Virus record (IMG/VR): IMGVR_UViG_3300020576_001727
Location: 103,062 to 167,061 of that record
From: a virus
Lineage: Duplodnaviria; Heunggongvirae; Uroviricota; Caudoviricetes
Strand: one strand, 5' to 3'
Length of the DNA: 64,000 nucleotides
Shown here in pieces: positions 1 through 9,498 of this stretch; within the stretch, counting starts at the first letter, position 1; each line of letters begins with the position of its first letter. A model generated the notes under the pieces. It was not told the DNA's origin, ran no database searches, and saw only the letters and a program-made list of their open reading frames with translations. The translations under genes and the position numbers were made by a program.

Positions 1-50
1 TGAAAAATCCGGATATCAGCACTTATCGCGCCTTCAAGGACGAATCGCGA

Positions 51-959
51 ATGTTCATCAACGCAATGGTTTCCGAATTCGAAATGAAGAAGAACGCCAA
101 TGCATTTGCTCGAATGACTGAAAGCAAGACCGGCATTCTGAATATGAATAAGATTTATGCTTATCGTATTTCGGAAGACGTGTTCAAGCGGTCAAGTCAG
201 GTTCCGGATGGAAAGAGTCATGGTTTCGTTTTCCTTCTGGATACTTCTTCTTCCATGTCGGAAGTTATGCGCGATACTCAAAAGCAGCTTGTGATTTTCG
301 CTCTTTTCGCACGGCGAATTGCAGTTCCTTTCGAAATTTACTCTTTCGGGGGTTGGAGTGGAACGACCATCTATCGCCTCTTGTCAAGCGACATGAACGT
401 TGTCGAATTTGATCAGCGTTGCGCTACGATGCTGGACGCTACTGCATCGGGTGTCTGTGCCAGCGGCGGAACTCCATTGAATGGTGCTTTGGTCAATATG
501 GTTAGCATTTGTGAAAAGTTCCTTGCCCAAAAAAAGGTTGATATTTTCAACATGGTAACTCTGACAGATGGAGGCGCAGGAGACACTACTATTGGTCGTA
601 ATGGATTTTTCGATAACAAGACCGGAAAGACCATTATTCATGGTAAGAATGGAATAGTGAATTCAACAGACTCTTGTTTGCACTTGATCAAGAATCGTCT
701 TGAATGTTTCTATCCAGAAACTTCGATTTCAATTCTGAATTTCAATATTCAACCGCAAACCGAAATTTTGAGTTATAATCGACTTTCTGGTTATGATGAA
801 AAGTTCTTCATCAATCCGCAAGATATGAAGAAAAATGATCTGGACATTTCCAAGTCGAAAAAATCGGCGGTTGATGCATATAAAACGTCTGTGTCAAACA
901 CTGCGAAATATATGAAGTTCCTGAAAAATTTTGCAAGTCGGGTGGCACAAACCGCTTGA
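51..959 (+). CDS. von Willebrand factor A (vWA) domain protein, CobT-like partner of downstream AAA ATPase; may be 5'-truncated by window edge
   Basis: MIDAS-like motif DTSSSM...T...D (LLDTSSSMSE, GGTPLNGAL, LTDGGAG); immediately upstream of AAA ATPase. Confidence 0.55.
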   Translation: MFINAMVSEFEMKKNANAFARMTESKTGILNMNKIYAYRISEDVFKRSSQVPDGKSHGFVFLLDTSSSMSEVMRDTQKQLVIFALFARRIAVPFEIYSFGGWSGTTIYRLLSSDMNVVEFDQRCATMLDATASGVCASGGTPLNGALVNMVSICEKFLAQKKVDIFNMVTLTDGGAGDTTIGRNGFFDNKTGKTIIHGKNGIVNSTDSCLHLIKNRLECFYPETSISILNFNIQPQTEILSYNRLSGYDEKFFINPQDMKKNDLDISKSKKSAVDAYKTSVSNTAKYMKFLKNFASRVAQTA

Positions 960-2317
960 CTTGCAACTCCAAAAGTTGTAAATTTCCAATATCAGAAACA
1001 GGGAAAATTTTCGTAATGGCTAACACTAAGCGAAGTGATGTTATTCGCGCGTTCAAAGCGGCTGGTCTTTCTGGACTGGTAAACCGCAAACGTATCAATG
1101 AAGTTTGTGAGGAATATTCAATCAAGTTTCCTCATTGGATTAAGGATTATAACGCCGGTTGGGGCGTCTTTAATATCGACTCTCTTTATGAGAAAGAGCC
1201 GATTGAAGATGCTGGCGCGGAAAAAGAAGAAGCTTCGGAAGAAGCTTCTTCGGTCGCCACCGAAACCGTCTTTACCAATCCAGTTTCCGAAAGTCTCATT
1301 CGAGACGCTTCGGTTGCGAATTCGTTCGTTCCTAAGCGATTTGATGGTTATGTTCCGTTCGGACATTATGATGATGTCAAGAGCATTATCAGTTCCAAGC
1401 GGTTCTATACCACGTTCGTTACCGGACTTTCCGGCAACGGCAAAACTCTTATGATCGAGGAAGTTTGTGGAGAACTCAATCGAGAATGTATCCGCGCCAA
1501 CATCACCATTGAAACCGATGAAGACGATCTTATCGGCGGTTTCCGCCTTATTCAGGGCGAAACCGTATGGCAGGACGGTCCTGTCATTACCGCAATGAAG
1601 CGAGGCGCAATTCTCTTGCTGGACGAAGTTGACTTGGGTTCTCACAAGATGATGTGCCTTCAGCCGGTTCTTGAAGGCAAGCCGATTTACATCAAGAAAA
1701 TCAATCAGGTCGTCTATCCAGCGCCCGGGTTCAATATCTTGGCGACTGCCAATACGAAGGGACGTGGTAACGATAACGGCAAGTTTGTCGGAACGATGAT
1801 CCTGAACGAAGCTTTTCTTGAACGTTTCTCTGTGACTTTTGAACAGGACTATCCTTCGGCGGAAACCGAAAAGAAAATTCTGAATTCGATTTTGAAGCGA
1901 AACGGCAAGCCGGATGAAGACTTCACGAATTGTTTGACTCGTTGGTCTAAGCAAATTCGAATGATGTATGAAAAGGGTGAAGAGGAAGAAATGATTTCGA
2001 CTCGTCGCCTCACTCATATCTGTGAAGCGTATTCGATCTTCGGTAAGCGCGAAAAGGCTTTGGACCTTTGCCTAAGCCGGTTCGATACAAGCACGAAGAA
2101 AAAGTTCATCGATTTTTATTCCAAGATCGATGTCGAAATCCGAAACGAGCGTGAAGCAGAACAGCGCCGGAAAGAGCGGGAAGCACAGGAAGCTAAGCGC
2201 CTAGAGGAACTGAAGAAGAATCCTCCAAAGACTTCGCCACAGACTGCGAATCCGATGTCACCGCCGCCAAAGTCTTCCAAGGCGGCTCTGGACCTTGAAA
2301 AGGATTTCCCGTTCTAA
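956..2317 (+). CDS. AAA+ ATPase, MoxR/CobS-like
   Basis: Walker A GLSGNGKT, Walker B ILLLDEVD, arginine-finger region; typical vWA+AAA pairing. Confidence 0.6.
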   Translation: MTCNSKSCKFPISETGKIFVMANTKRSDVIRAFKAAGLSGLVNRKRINEVCEEYSIKFPHWIKDYNAGWGVFNIDSLYEKEPIEDAGAEKEEASEEASSVATETVFTNPVSESLIRDASVANSFVPKRFDGYVPFGHYDDVKSIISSKRFYTTFVTGLSGNGKTLMIEEVCGELNRECIRANITIETDEDDLIGGFRLIQGETVWQDGPVITAMKRGAILLLDEVDLGSHKMMCLQPVLEGKPIYIKKINQVVYPAPGFNILATANTKGRGNDNGKFVGTMILNEAFLERFSVTFEQDYPSAETEKKILNSILKRNGKPDEDFTNCLTRWSKQIRMMYEKGEEEEMISTRRLTHICEAYSIFGKREKALDLCLSRFDTSTKKKFIDFYSKIDVEIRNEREAEQRRKEREAQEAKRLEELKKNPPKTSPQTANPMSPPPKSSKAALDLEKDFPF

Positions 2318-2342
2318 GTCGGGAAGACAATTAGAGCATACC

Positions 2343-2379
2343 AAAACGGCGGTCTTTCGATTGCCGTTTTGTTTATTTT
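2343..2379 (+). terminator. rho-independent terminator after AAA ATPase gene
   Basis: aaaacggc...gccgtttt stem followed by gtttatttt T-run. Confidence 0.55.
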
Positions 2380-2381
2380 GG

Positions 2382-2409
2382 TTGACTCTCTAATTTCGTT
2401 TGGTATATA
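2382..2409 (+). promoter_or_regulatory. sigma70-like promoter TTGACT-N16-TATATA
   Basis: read directly; upstream of ORF 2439. Confidence 0.45.
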
Positions 2410-2438
2410 CTTAGAGAAATAACCAAAATGGGGAAAAT

Positions 2439-3245
2439 ATGGAACTTAAATTTGATTGGAATGAACTAAGAAAAAACAAAATATTCATTGCAACCCCGAT
2501 GTATGGGGGACAGTGCTTAGGGACTTACACAACAGCCGCTCTTGAATTGCAGGGATTGCTAATTTCGCATGGCGTCGAATGTCGATTTTCGTTCCTGTTT
2601 AATGAAAGCCTGATTCCTAGAGCAAGAAATTATCTGGTTGATGAATTCCTTCGATCTGGATATACTCATTTGCTTTTTATTGACGCCGATATTCGTTTCA
2701 ATCCAATTGATATCGTCGCCATGCTCCATATGGACAAGGATATTATCGGCGGTCCTTATCCCAAGAAAGCCTTGAAGTGGAGCAATGTCATCAAGGCTTT
2801 TGAAGTCGCCCAACAAAGAGGCGTTCAGCTTAAGCCGGAACAACTTGAATTGCTGGTTGGTGATTATGTGTTCAACCCGGTTCCGGGCACTACGCAATTC
2901 AATTCGTCCGAACTCCTAGAAGTTATGGAAATTGGAACCGGCTTCATGCTGGTTAAGAGGGAAGTGTTTGAGAAATTCAAGCAAGAATATCCTCACCTTT
3001 CCTATAAGCCCGATCATGCGGGACAGGCAAATTTCGATGGAAGCCGCTATATTCATGCATATTTCCATTGCGATATCGATCCTGTTTCGCATCGATATTT
3101 GAGTGAAGACTATTTCTTCTGTCAGGCTTGCCGTGAAATCGGAATTCAGATTTGGTATTGTCCTTGGATGAAGACAGGACATACAGGAACCTATGAATTC
3201 AAGGGGGATATTCAGGCTGTTGCCGCCTTGATAGGACAACTTTAA
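2439..3245 (+). CDS. putative GT-A fold glycosyltransferase (DxD = DAD)
   Basis: LFIDADIRFNP motif, size 268 aa; sits where T4 has a DNA glucosyltransferase locus near gene 45. Confidence 0.35.
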   Translation: MELKFDWNELRKNKIFIATPMYGGQCLGTYTTAALELQGLLISHGVECRFSFLFNESLIPRARNYLVDEFLRSGYTHLLFIDADIRFNPIDIVAMLHMDKDIIGGPYPKKALKWSNVIKAFEVAQQRGVQLKPEQLELLVGDYVFNPVPGTTQFNSSELLEVMEIGTGFMLVKREVFEKFKQEYPHLSYKPDHAGQANFDGSRYIHAYFHCDIDPVSHRYLSEDYFFCQACREIGIQIWYCPWMKTGHTGTYEFKGDIQAVAALIGQL

Positions 3246-3254
3246 GGATAATTT

Positions 3255-3911
3255 ATGCAAGTGATTGGTATTTGTGGTTTTATTGGAAGTGGAAAGAACA
3301 CAGTCGGAAAAATCCTGAAAGAGGCTGGTTATAAACCAGTCTCGTTTGCAGAGACGTTGAAAGACGCGACTTCTGTAATATTTGGTTGGGAAAGAGCCTT
3401 GTTGGAAGGCGATACCGACGAAAGCAGAAAATTCAGAGAGCAACCCGACGAATTCTGGTCGGGTGTTTTCGGATATGAATTCACGCCGCGATTTGCATTG
3501 CAAAAAATGGGAACCGAAGCCGGAAGAAACGTCTTTGGTGAACAGATTTGGGTTGAATCTGTTGTGAAAAAGATGTATGATATCATTAACTCGGAAGGCG
3601 AAACCAAATTTGTCATTACCGATGTTCGATTCGAAAATGAAATCAAGACGATAGAACGTCTTGGCGGAAAGATTTTCGAAGTTGCCCGGGGTGAATCTCC
3701 CGAATGGTATGATTGTGCATTACGGACCAAATCCGGCGCTGCACCAAAATACGAAAGAATGGAAGTTCTCTATCCGAAAATTCATATTTCGGAATGGGAC
3801 TGGATTACTGTCAAGAAATCCGGAATCATTTGGAATAACAAGGATTTGGAACATCTTCATAATGAAGTGAACAGATTAATATTAAATGAGGAAAATAATG
3901 CAACTATCTGA
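3255..3911 (+). CDS. deoxynucleoside monophosphate kinase (T4 gene 1-like)
   Basis: P-loop GFIGSGKNT; recalled similarity to T4 gp1 blocks (ALQKMGTEAG, ITDVRFENE). Confidence 0.5.
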   Translation: MQVIGICGFIGSGKNTVGKILKEAGYKPVSFAETLKDATSVIFGWERALLEGDTDESRKFREQPDEFWSGVFGYEFTPRFALQKMGTEAGRNVFGEQIWVESVVKKMYDIINSEGETKFVITDVRFENEIKTIERLGGKIFEVARGESPEWYDCALRTKSGAAPKYERMEVLYPKIHISEWDWITVKKSGIIWNNKDLEHLHNEVNRLILNEENNATI

Positions 3912-4551
3912 TAATACTATTGAAGTGCTGAAAAATTTTGCCAAGATCGAAAATTCTCTCCTGATACAACCGGGCAAAATCCAGAAAACCCTAAGTGCTG
4001 ACCGTTCGGTAATGGCTAGTGTCGAGTTGGATGAAGAATTTCCAATCGAATTTGGCGTTTACGATCTATCCTCGTTTTTGGCAAACATTGGCTATGTCAA
4101 GAATGCAGAAGTCGAATTCAATGACGCCTTTGCCGAAATCAAGGGTGAAGGAACTACAATCAAGTTCTATGGCGCGGACAAGCGCATCCTGAAATATCCA
4201 AAGAAGCCCGATCCCATTGTGGAGTATGCGGCGACCTTTGAAATTACCCATGAAATTATGAAAAAAGCCGTTGGGCTTGCTTCCTTGAATGGATTGGAAC
4301 ACCTTTCCATCATTGGCAAGGCTGGCAAGGTCATGATCAAGGCGCACAATAGAGAAACCAAGGATTCCAATTTCGGCTCTATCCAAGTCGGGGAATATCA
4401 GGGACAGGACTTCTCTGTTGACTTGAAGGGTTCGAACCTGAACATGCTTCCGATGAATTACGAAGTAGGAGTATGTCTTGACGAATTTGTTCGATTTGTC
4501 GGACAAAACGGCAGAGTCAAATATTTTGTTGGAATTCTAGCAGACGAATAG
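3886..4551 (+). CDS. gp45: sliding clamp (T4 gp45 homolog)
   Basis: N-terminal LKNFAKIENSLLIQPG vs T4 LKNFATINSGIMLKSG; 221 aa; upstream of gp44/62. Confidence 0.75.
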   Translation: MRKIMQLSDNTIEVLKNFAKIENSLLIQPGKIQKTLSADRSVMASVELDEEFPIEFGVYDLSSFLANIGYVKNAEVEFNDAFAEIKGEGTTIKFYGADKRILKYPKKPDPIVEYAATFEITHEIMKKAVGLASLNGLEHLSIIGKAGKVMIKAHNRETKDSNFGSIQVGEYQGQDFSVDLKGSNLNMLPMNYEVGVCLDEFVRFVGQNGRVKYFVGILADE

Positions 4552-4553
4552 GA

Positions 4554-4850
4554 GTGATTATAATGGCAGAGATTGGACACAATAAAATCAGCTTGCAAAA
4601 CCTGAACGATGATGCTCGCAAGCGCGTCAAGAAAGCTATTTTGGAAATCGATGAATCATTGACTCGAATTGCATCCGAACGCGATTTACAGAAAGAAATC
4701 CTGAACAAGCTAGAGGAAGAGCTAGGAGTCGAAAAGAAGATGGTTCGCAAGCTGGCGAGAACCTATTTCAAACAGGATTTCAAGATGCAACTTGCCGACC
4801 AAGACGAATTTGAAACGGCGTATCAGGAAATTGTGGAGAAAACATCATGA
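4554..4850 (+). CDS. small acidic/basic protein at T4 rpbA position
   Basis: synteny only (between 45 and 44). Confidence 0.3.
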   Translation: MIIMAEIGHNKISLQNLNDDARKRVKKAILEIDESLTRIASERDLQKEILNKLEEELGVEKKMVRKLARTYFKQDFKMQLADQDEFETAYQEIVEKTS

Positions 4851-5438
4851 TTACCGATTTGTTTTAGGCTTTAACCTAAACCAATTAGGATGATGCGGAC
4901 TATCCAAACGTTTTCTAACAGAAACTTGAATGTTATTTTTTCGAAAATATTCTTCTGCTTCTCCAATGCTGGAAAAATGAATATTATCACATACACATGG
5001 ATTTTTTAGTGCTTTTGATATTTTTGGATTTGGTCCGTATATTTTGCCGTAATTTGGATTTAGTTTCCCTGTTTTGCCAAACATAGGGTTTCCAGAACCA
5101 GAGTATTTTTCGGATACTTTTTTTCTATATTCTTCGGTAATAGAAAATGTTAATCCACCGTCGCCACCGTCTGTCATATTGTATGATGGTTTTAGTTCGG
5201 ATATCCAATATCTTTCTTTTTCGTTTAGGATATCCGAACTAATGTTTTCCTCTAATGGAGAAACGCTAAAATTATGATCGCCATATTTTCTGATTGCTCT
5301 ATATAAATGTGTCTGTATTTCTGTGTATTTTTTGGCGTTGTATAGATGTTGATTAAACCGTTCTTTGATGGTTTTTGTTGTTTTTCCAATATAGATATCG
5401 TTGTTGGTATCGTTTCTAATTAAATATATGTTACCCAT
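4851..5438 (-). CDS. GIY-YIG homing endonuclease
   Basis: N-terminal IYLIRN..NDIYIGKT...R..H motif. Confidence 0.7.
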   Translation of the reverse strand: MGNIYLIRNDTNNDIYIGKTTKTIKERFNQHLYNAKKYTEIQTHLYRAIRKYGDHNFSVSPLEENISSDILNEKERYWISELKPSYNMTDGGDGGLTFSITEEYRKKVSEKYSGSGNPMFGKTGKLNPNYGKIYGPNPKISKALKNPCVCDNIHFSSIGEAEEYFRKNNIQVSVRKRLDSPHHPNWFRLKPKTNR

Positions 5439-5474
5439 GTTATTCCTTTACTTGAACTATATAGACCCTATTTA

Positions 5475-6428
5475 TTGATTTGGAGTTTTATGATGCAGGA
5501 ATTTTTGTTTGTAGAAAAATATCGCCCCAAGACCATTGATGAATGTATTTTGCCGGATCGAATCAAATCGATCCTGTCAGAATATATCAAGGCTGGACGT
5601 ATTCCCAATCTTCTTTTCGAAGGAACTCCCGGAACCGGTAAGACAACAGCGGCTAAGGCTCTTTGCGAAAGCACTGGCACCGATTACCTTTTCATCAACT
5701 CTTCAAACGAAAGAGGCGTTGATGTTTTTCGTAATAAAATCAGTAACTTTGCCGCAACAAAATCATTGACTGGCAAGCCAAAATGCGTCATACTTGACGA
5801 AGCTGATAACTTGACGCCAGATGCGCAAGCCGCGTTTCGTGGAATTGTCGAAACCTATTCCAGCAATTGCACGTTCATCATGACGTGCAATTTTGCTGCG
5901 AAATTGATGGAAGCCATCGACTCTCGAATGGCTTCTGTCTCGTTTCGTTTCAAGGAAAACGAGAAGGGCAAGCTTCAAGCCGCGATGTTTGTCCGCTTGA
6001 AACAGATACTTGATACCGAAAAAATCCCATATGAAGACAAGGTGATAGCCAAGCTGGTTGACAGATACTATCCAGACTTCCGCAAAACTCTTGGAGAACT
6101 CCAAAAGATTTCGAAGTTGGGAAAGATCGATATCGACTCCTTGTCTCAAATCGGATTTACCAAGAATATTCAGGAACTTGTCAAATTCCTTAAGAACAAG
6201 GAATTCGGGGAAATGAGAAAGTGGGTCGAATCCAATTCTGATCAGGATATCGCCTCTCTCTATCGCAAGATTTATGACGGACTTTACGAACATTGTCAAA
6301 AGTCAAGTATCGGTCAAGCTGTTATAATCATTGCTAAATATCAGTATCAGCACGCTTTTGTGGCAGACCCAAGCATCAACTTGGTTGCATGTTTGACCGA
6401 ATTAATGGTCGATTGTCAGTGGAATTGA
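5475..6428 (+). CDS. gp44: clamp loader large subunit (T4 gp44 homolog, RFC-like AAA+)
   Basis: KYRPKTIDE, GTPGTGKTT Walker A, VILDEAD Walker B, SRC-like motif. Confidence 0.8.
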   Translation: MIWSFMMQEFLFVEKYRPKTIDECILPDRIKSILSEYIKAGRIPNLLFEGTPGTGKTTAAKALCESTGTDYLFINSSNERGVDVFRNKISNFAATKSLTGKPKCVILDEADNLTPDAQAAFRGIVETYSSNCTFIMTCNFAAKLMEAIDSRMASVSFRFKENEKGKLQAAMFVRLKQILDTEKIPYEDKVIAKLVDRYYPDFRKTLGELQKISKLGKIDIDSLSQIGFTKNIQELVKFLKNKEFGEMRKWVESNSDQDIASLYRKIYDGLYEHCQKSSIGQAVIIIAKYQYQHAFVADPSINLVACLTELMVDCQWN

Positions 6429-6429
6429 A

Positions 6430-6828
6430 ATGCCAGACTTATTCAAAGAAGTGATCCCGGCTATCATGAATACCAAGAAACAGGTATTCCAGAGTGATGA
6501 AGAAGCCGACGAATATTACATTAAAAATGGCTATATGGTGAACAAGACGCTTTCGATGTATCTCGATTGCATTTTCCCTGCCAACATGATCAATTATTTT
6601 TGGAGCCTTGACGGCAAGATGAAGCATGACTTTTTCATGTCTGTTATTCGAGGATATAGACGATCCTTCAATTACGCCAAGGCGAAGAAGACAGAAGCCG
6701 ATTTGAAATCGGTTTCTGAATATTATGATTGCAGTTTTGCAAAGGCGAAGGAATATCTGTCAATCCTAGACGATGAACAGATTGCTATTATAAGAAAAAA
6801 ACTAGAAAAGGGTGGTAATTTGAAATGA
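6430..6828 (+). CDS. gp62: clamp loader small subunit (gp62-like)
   Basis: synteny immediately after gp44 with 1-nt gap. Confidence 0.4.
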   Translation: MPDLFKEVIPAIMNTKKQVFQSDEEADEYYIKNGYMVNKTLSMYLDCIFPANMINYFWSLDGKMKHDFFMSVIRGYRRSFNYAKAKKTEADLKSVSEYYDCSFAKAKEYLSILDDEQIAIIRKKLEKGGNLK

Positions 6829-7262
6829 CTTATGCACATGATTATCTGAATGAATTGATTTGGGTGAAGCTGAAGAAGCCGGATGATTTCTTGATTATTA
6901 AGGAAACTCTGACTCGAATTGGAATACCTTCGAAAATGGAGAAGAAATTGACCCAAACTTGTCATATTCTCCACAAGAAAGGAAGATATGCGATTGTTCA
7001 CTTCAAGGAATTGTTCATATTAGATGGAAAACCAACTGATTTTTCCGAAGAAGACAAGGAAAGACGTAATGCTATTGTTGCGTTATTGGAAATGTGGGGA
7101 TTGATCGAAAGAGAAAAGCCTTCGACTGGAAATGGTCCGGAATGGGCAAACAATCCGACGATCAAAATCATTTCGTCCAAGGAAAAATCCGAATGGCAAT
7201 TGATCAGCAAATATACAGTGGGCAACAAAGGAAGATATAATGCCGGTTCCTCCAATTCTTAG
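6825..7262 (+). CDS. regA: RegA translational repressor
   Basis: LKKPDDFLIIKETLTRIGI...CHILHKKGRYAIVHFKE matches T4 RegA; T4 synteny 45-44-62-regA. Confidence 0.8.
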   Translation: MTYAHDYLNELIWVKLKKPDDFLIIKETLTRIGIPSKMEKKLTQTCHILHKKGRYAIVHFKELFILDGKPTDFSEEDKERRNAIVALLEMWGLIEREKPSTGNGPEWANNPTIKIISSKEKSEWQLISKYTVGNKGRYNAGSSNS

Positions 7263-7752
7263 ATTTTTCAAACTGCATCCGAACGTGCAAATTCCAACGC
7301 TGGCAACGGCAGGAAGTGCATGTTTCGACTTGTCCTATTTTCCCCATGTTTCAAAGGTGAAGGGATTCAGCGCGACGAATGCGCCATTCGAGAGAGATAT
7401 CAACGCGGATGGCGGGATTGGTATCATGCAGGGGGAAAGATTGCTTCTGCCAACTGGACTGATCGCGGATATCCCATTGGGTTACTCAATGCGGGTTCAT
7501 CCGCGTTCGGGAACTTCCGTTAAATTGGGATTGACTTTGGCGAATGCGGAAGGTATCATTGACTCAGATTACGTCGAAGAAATTTTCTTGACGGCTCATA
7601 ACACTTCACAAAATCGAATTCTGATCAATCGGGGCGATCGTATTGCCCAAGGAGAATTGTATCAGGATTTGAAAAACATAATTCAGGAAACCTTGACTCG
7701 TCCTGTCCAGAAGACGACCCGCCAAGGTGGTTTTGGTTCTACTGGCGTATGA
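7240..7752 (+). CDS. dut: dUTPase
   Basis: conserved dUTPase motifs (RSG in HPRSGTSV, GIIDSDY, C-terminal GGFGSTG). Confidence 0.7.
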   Translation: MPVPPILRFFKLHPNVQIPTLATAGSACFDLSYFPHVSKVKGFSATNAPFERDINADGGIGIMQGERLLLPTGLIADIPLGYSMRVHPRSGTSVKLGLTLANAEGIIDSDYVEEIFLTAHNTSQNRILINRGDRIAQGELYQDLKNIIQETLTRPVQKTTRQGGFGSTGV

Positions 7753-8474
7753 TATATTCAACAGAAAGAGATAACCTAACGGTGTTCGCTCCCAAGCCAA
7801 AAGTCTTGGTAGTGACACCGACTGTTGATTCCGCCTATATCGTTTCGGATTCCGCCAAAAGTGTTCGTGAACAGAAGTCTGATTATGAATTCGAACACTT
7901 GATAGTTTATGATGGAATCAAGCCTAATGCGTATCGAGGATTGTTTCCTAATACCAAGACAATCGAGCTACCTTGGAACATTGGTGCCAATGGATTTTAT
8001 GGGCATAGAGTGTATGCCGCTATCGGTCATTTGGTCAATCATGATATTGTCTTTTTCCTAGACCAAGACAATTGGTATCAACCGGATCATGTCCAGACTT
8101 TGACCGATCTTTTGGTAAACAAGCCATATGCTCAATTCGGCTTCTCTTATCGGCAGATTTGGGATGGTTACGATTTTGTTTGTATCGATCAATTTGAGTC
8201 AATCGGTCAAGCGCCTCATTGGTTGGTCGATACGTCCAGTTTTGCTTTTCGCAGGACAACTCTTCTGCAATACGGTCATATCTGGCATAGCAAATGGGGT
8301 GCCGACAGACGATTTTTTCAGATAATGAGACAGAATAACATCGCCTATGCGACAACCGGGCTTCCGACTTTGAACTATCGTTTGAATGGAAATCCCAATT
8401 CCCCAACTAGAGAATTTTTCGAGCTAGGCAATCAACAGAATGGATGGAACAAAGATGGAAAACAACGGACTTAA
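7749..8474 (+). CDS. putative glycosyltransferase (GT-A like, DQD)
   Basis: FLDQDNWYQPDH motif; first gene of glycan island. Confidence 0.3.
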   Translation: MIYSTERDNLTVFAPKPKVLVVTPTVDSAYIVSDSAKSVREQKSDYEFEHLIVYDGIKPNAYRGLFPNTKTIELPWNIGANGFYGHRVYAAIGHLVNHDIVFFLDQDNWYQPDHVQTLTDLLVNKPYAQFGFSYRQIWDGYDFVCIDQFESIGQAPHWLVDTSSFAFRRTTLLQYGHIWHSKWGADRRFFQIMRQNNIAYATTGLPTLNYRLNGNPNSPTREFFELGNQQNGWNKDGKQRT

Positions 8475-9498
8475 TCTGGATAAACTTTTTGCCGAAGCCG
8501 GAAATTTATTACAACCATCGCGCGGACTTTTGGTCCCAAGAGAAATACCTAACAAAAATGTGCGTCTGTCTCACCAAGATATGATTATTGGTGCCATCAC
8601 CAATTATGAGCCGGAACATATTGAACAATGGATCGTCTCGATTGAGAAATCCAACTTTCCCGGCAAGCGCATTGCTTTGGTCTATAATGCAAAAAAGCCT
8701 GTCTTGGACAAGCTTCAGGAATATGGTTTCACCATTTGGGCATTGGCTAGAGCTACACCGGAAAAACAGGCGGAAGGTTGGGTTTATTATTACAAAGATT
8801 TGGACAAATTCAATGTCTGTCTTGAACGTTTCTGGCACACATGGATTTTCCTGAAAAAATTGAATCTGACTTCTGACAATGACGTTCGCGTCTATTTGAC
8901 AGACACAAAGGACGTTGTTTTCCAGCGTGATCCTTCCAATTATACCATGCCCGAAAATGTCAGTGTCATGCTGACTTCGGAAGGATTGACTTATGAGAAT
9001 GAGCCTTGGGGATGGAACAACATCACAGAGGCGTTTGGTAAGAACGTGGCAGAAACCATGCGCAATGTTGAAATCTCGAATGCGGGAGTCATTGTTGCTC
9101 GCCTGAACGATACGTTTCTCGATTTCCTTCAATCAGTCTATTTCTTTGGACGTTCAGCCAAGACAATCAACGGACATGTCCCGGGCGGGGGTGGTCCTGA
9201 TCAAGCGTCGGTAAATATCATCGCCAACATGAAAGTTTGGAAGCCTCATATTGCCTTTATCCAGACAACGGATGATTGGTGCTTGAATGCTGGCACAACA
9301 AACGACCCAAACAAGAATTTTGGTGACAAGTTTATTGGAACTCCCGGTATTCTGATTACTCCTAATGAAACGGATGATTTGTTTGTCTTCATTACAGGAG
9401 TCAAGAACATAGCTGGACAATTGTATCATGTTGTTCATCAATATGATAGAAATCCAGAGTGGAATGAGTATTTCAAAAAGGAATATAGATACAAATGA
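8440..9498 (+). CDS. putative nucleotide-diphospho-sugar transferase
   Basis: YLTDTKDVVFQRDP DxD-like segment; context. Confidence 0.3.
   Translation: MDGTKMENNGLNLDKLFAEAGNLLQPSRGLLVPREIPNKNVRLSHQDMIIGAITNYEPEHIEQWIVSIEKSNFPGKRIALVYNAKKPVLDKLQEYGFTIWALARATPEKQAEGWVYYYKDLDKFNVCLERFWHTWIFLKKLNLTSDNDVRVYLTDTKDVVFQRDPSNYTMPENVSVMLTSEGLTYENEPWGWNNITEAFGKNVAETMRNVEISNAGVIVARLNDTFLDFLQSVYFFGRSAKTINGHVPGGGGPDQASVNIIANMKVWKPHIAFIQTTDDWCLNAGTTNDPNKNFGDKFIGTPGILITPNETDDLFVFITGVKNIAGQLYHVVHQYDRNPEWNEYFKKEYRYK

Noticed and set aside
1118-2017. Minus ORF 1118..2017 (299 aa)
   Set aside because: Antisense within the AAA ATPase gene with clear Walker motifs.
5763-6299. Minus ORF 5763..6299
   Set aside because: Antisense to clamp-loader gp44 gene.
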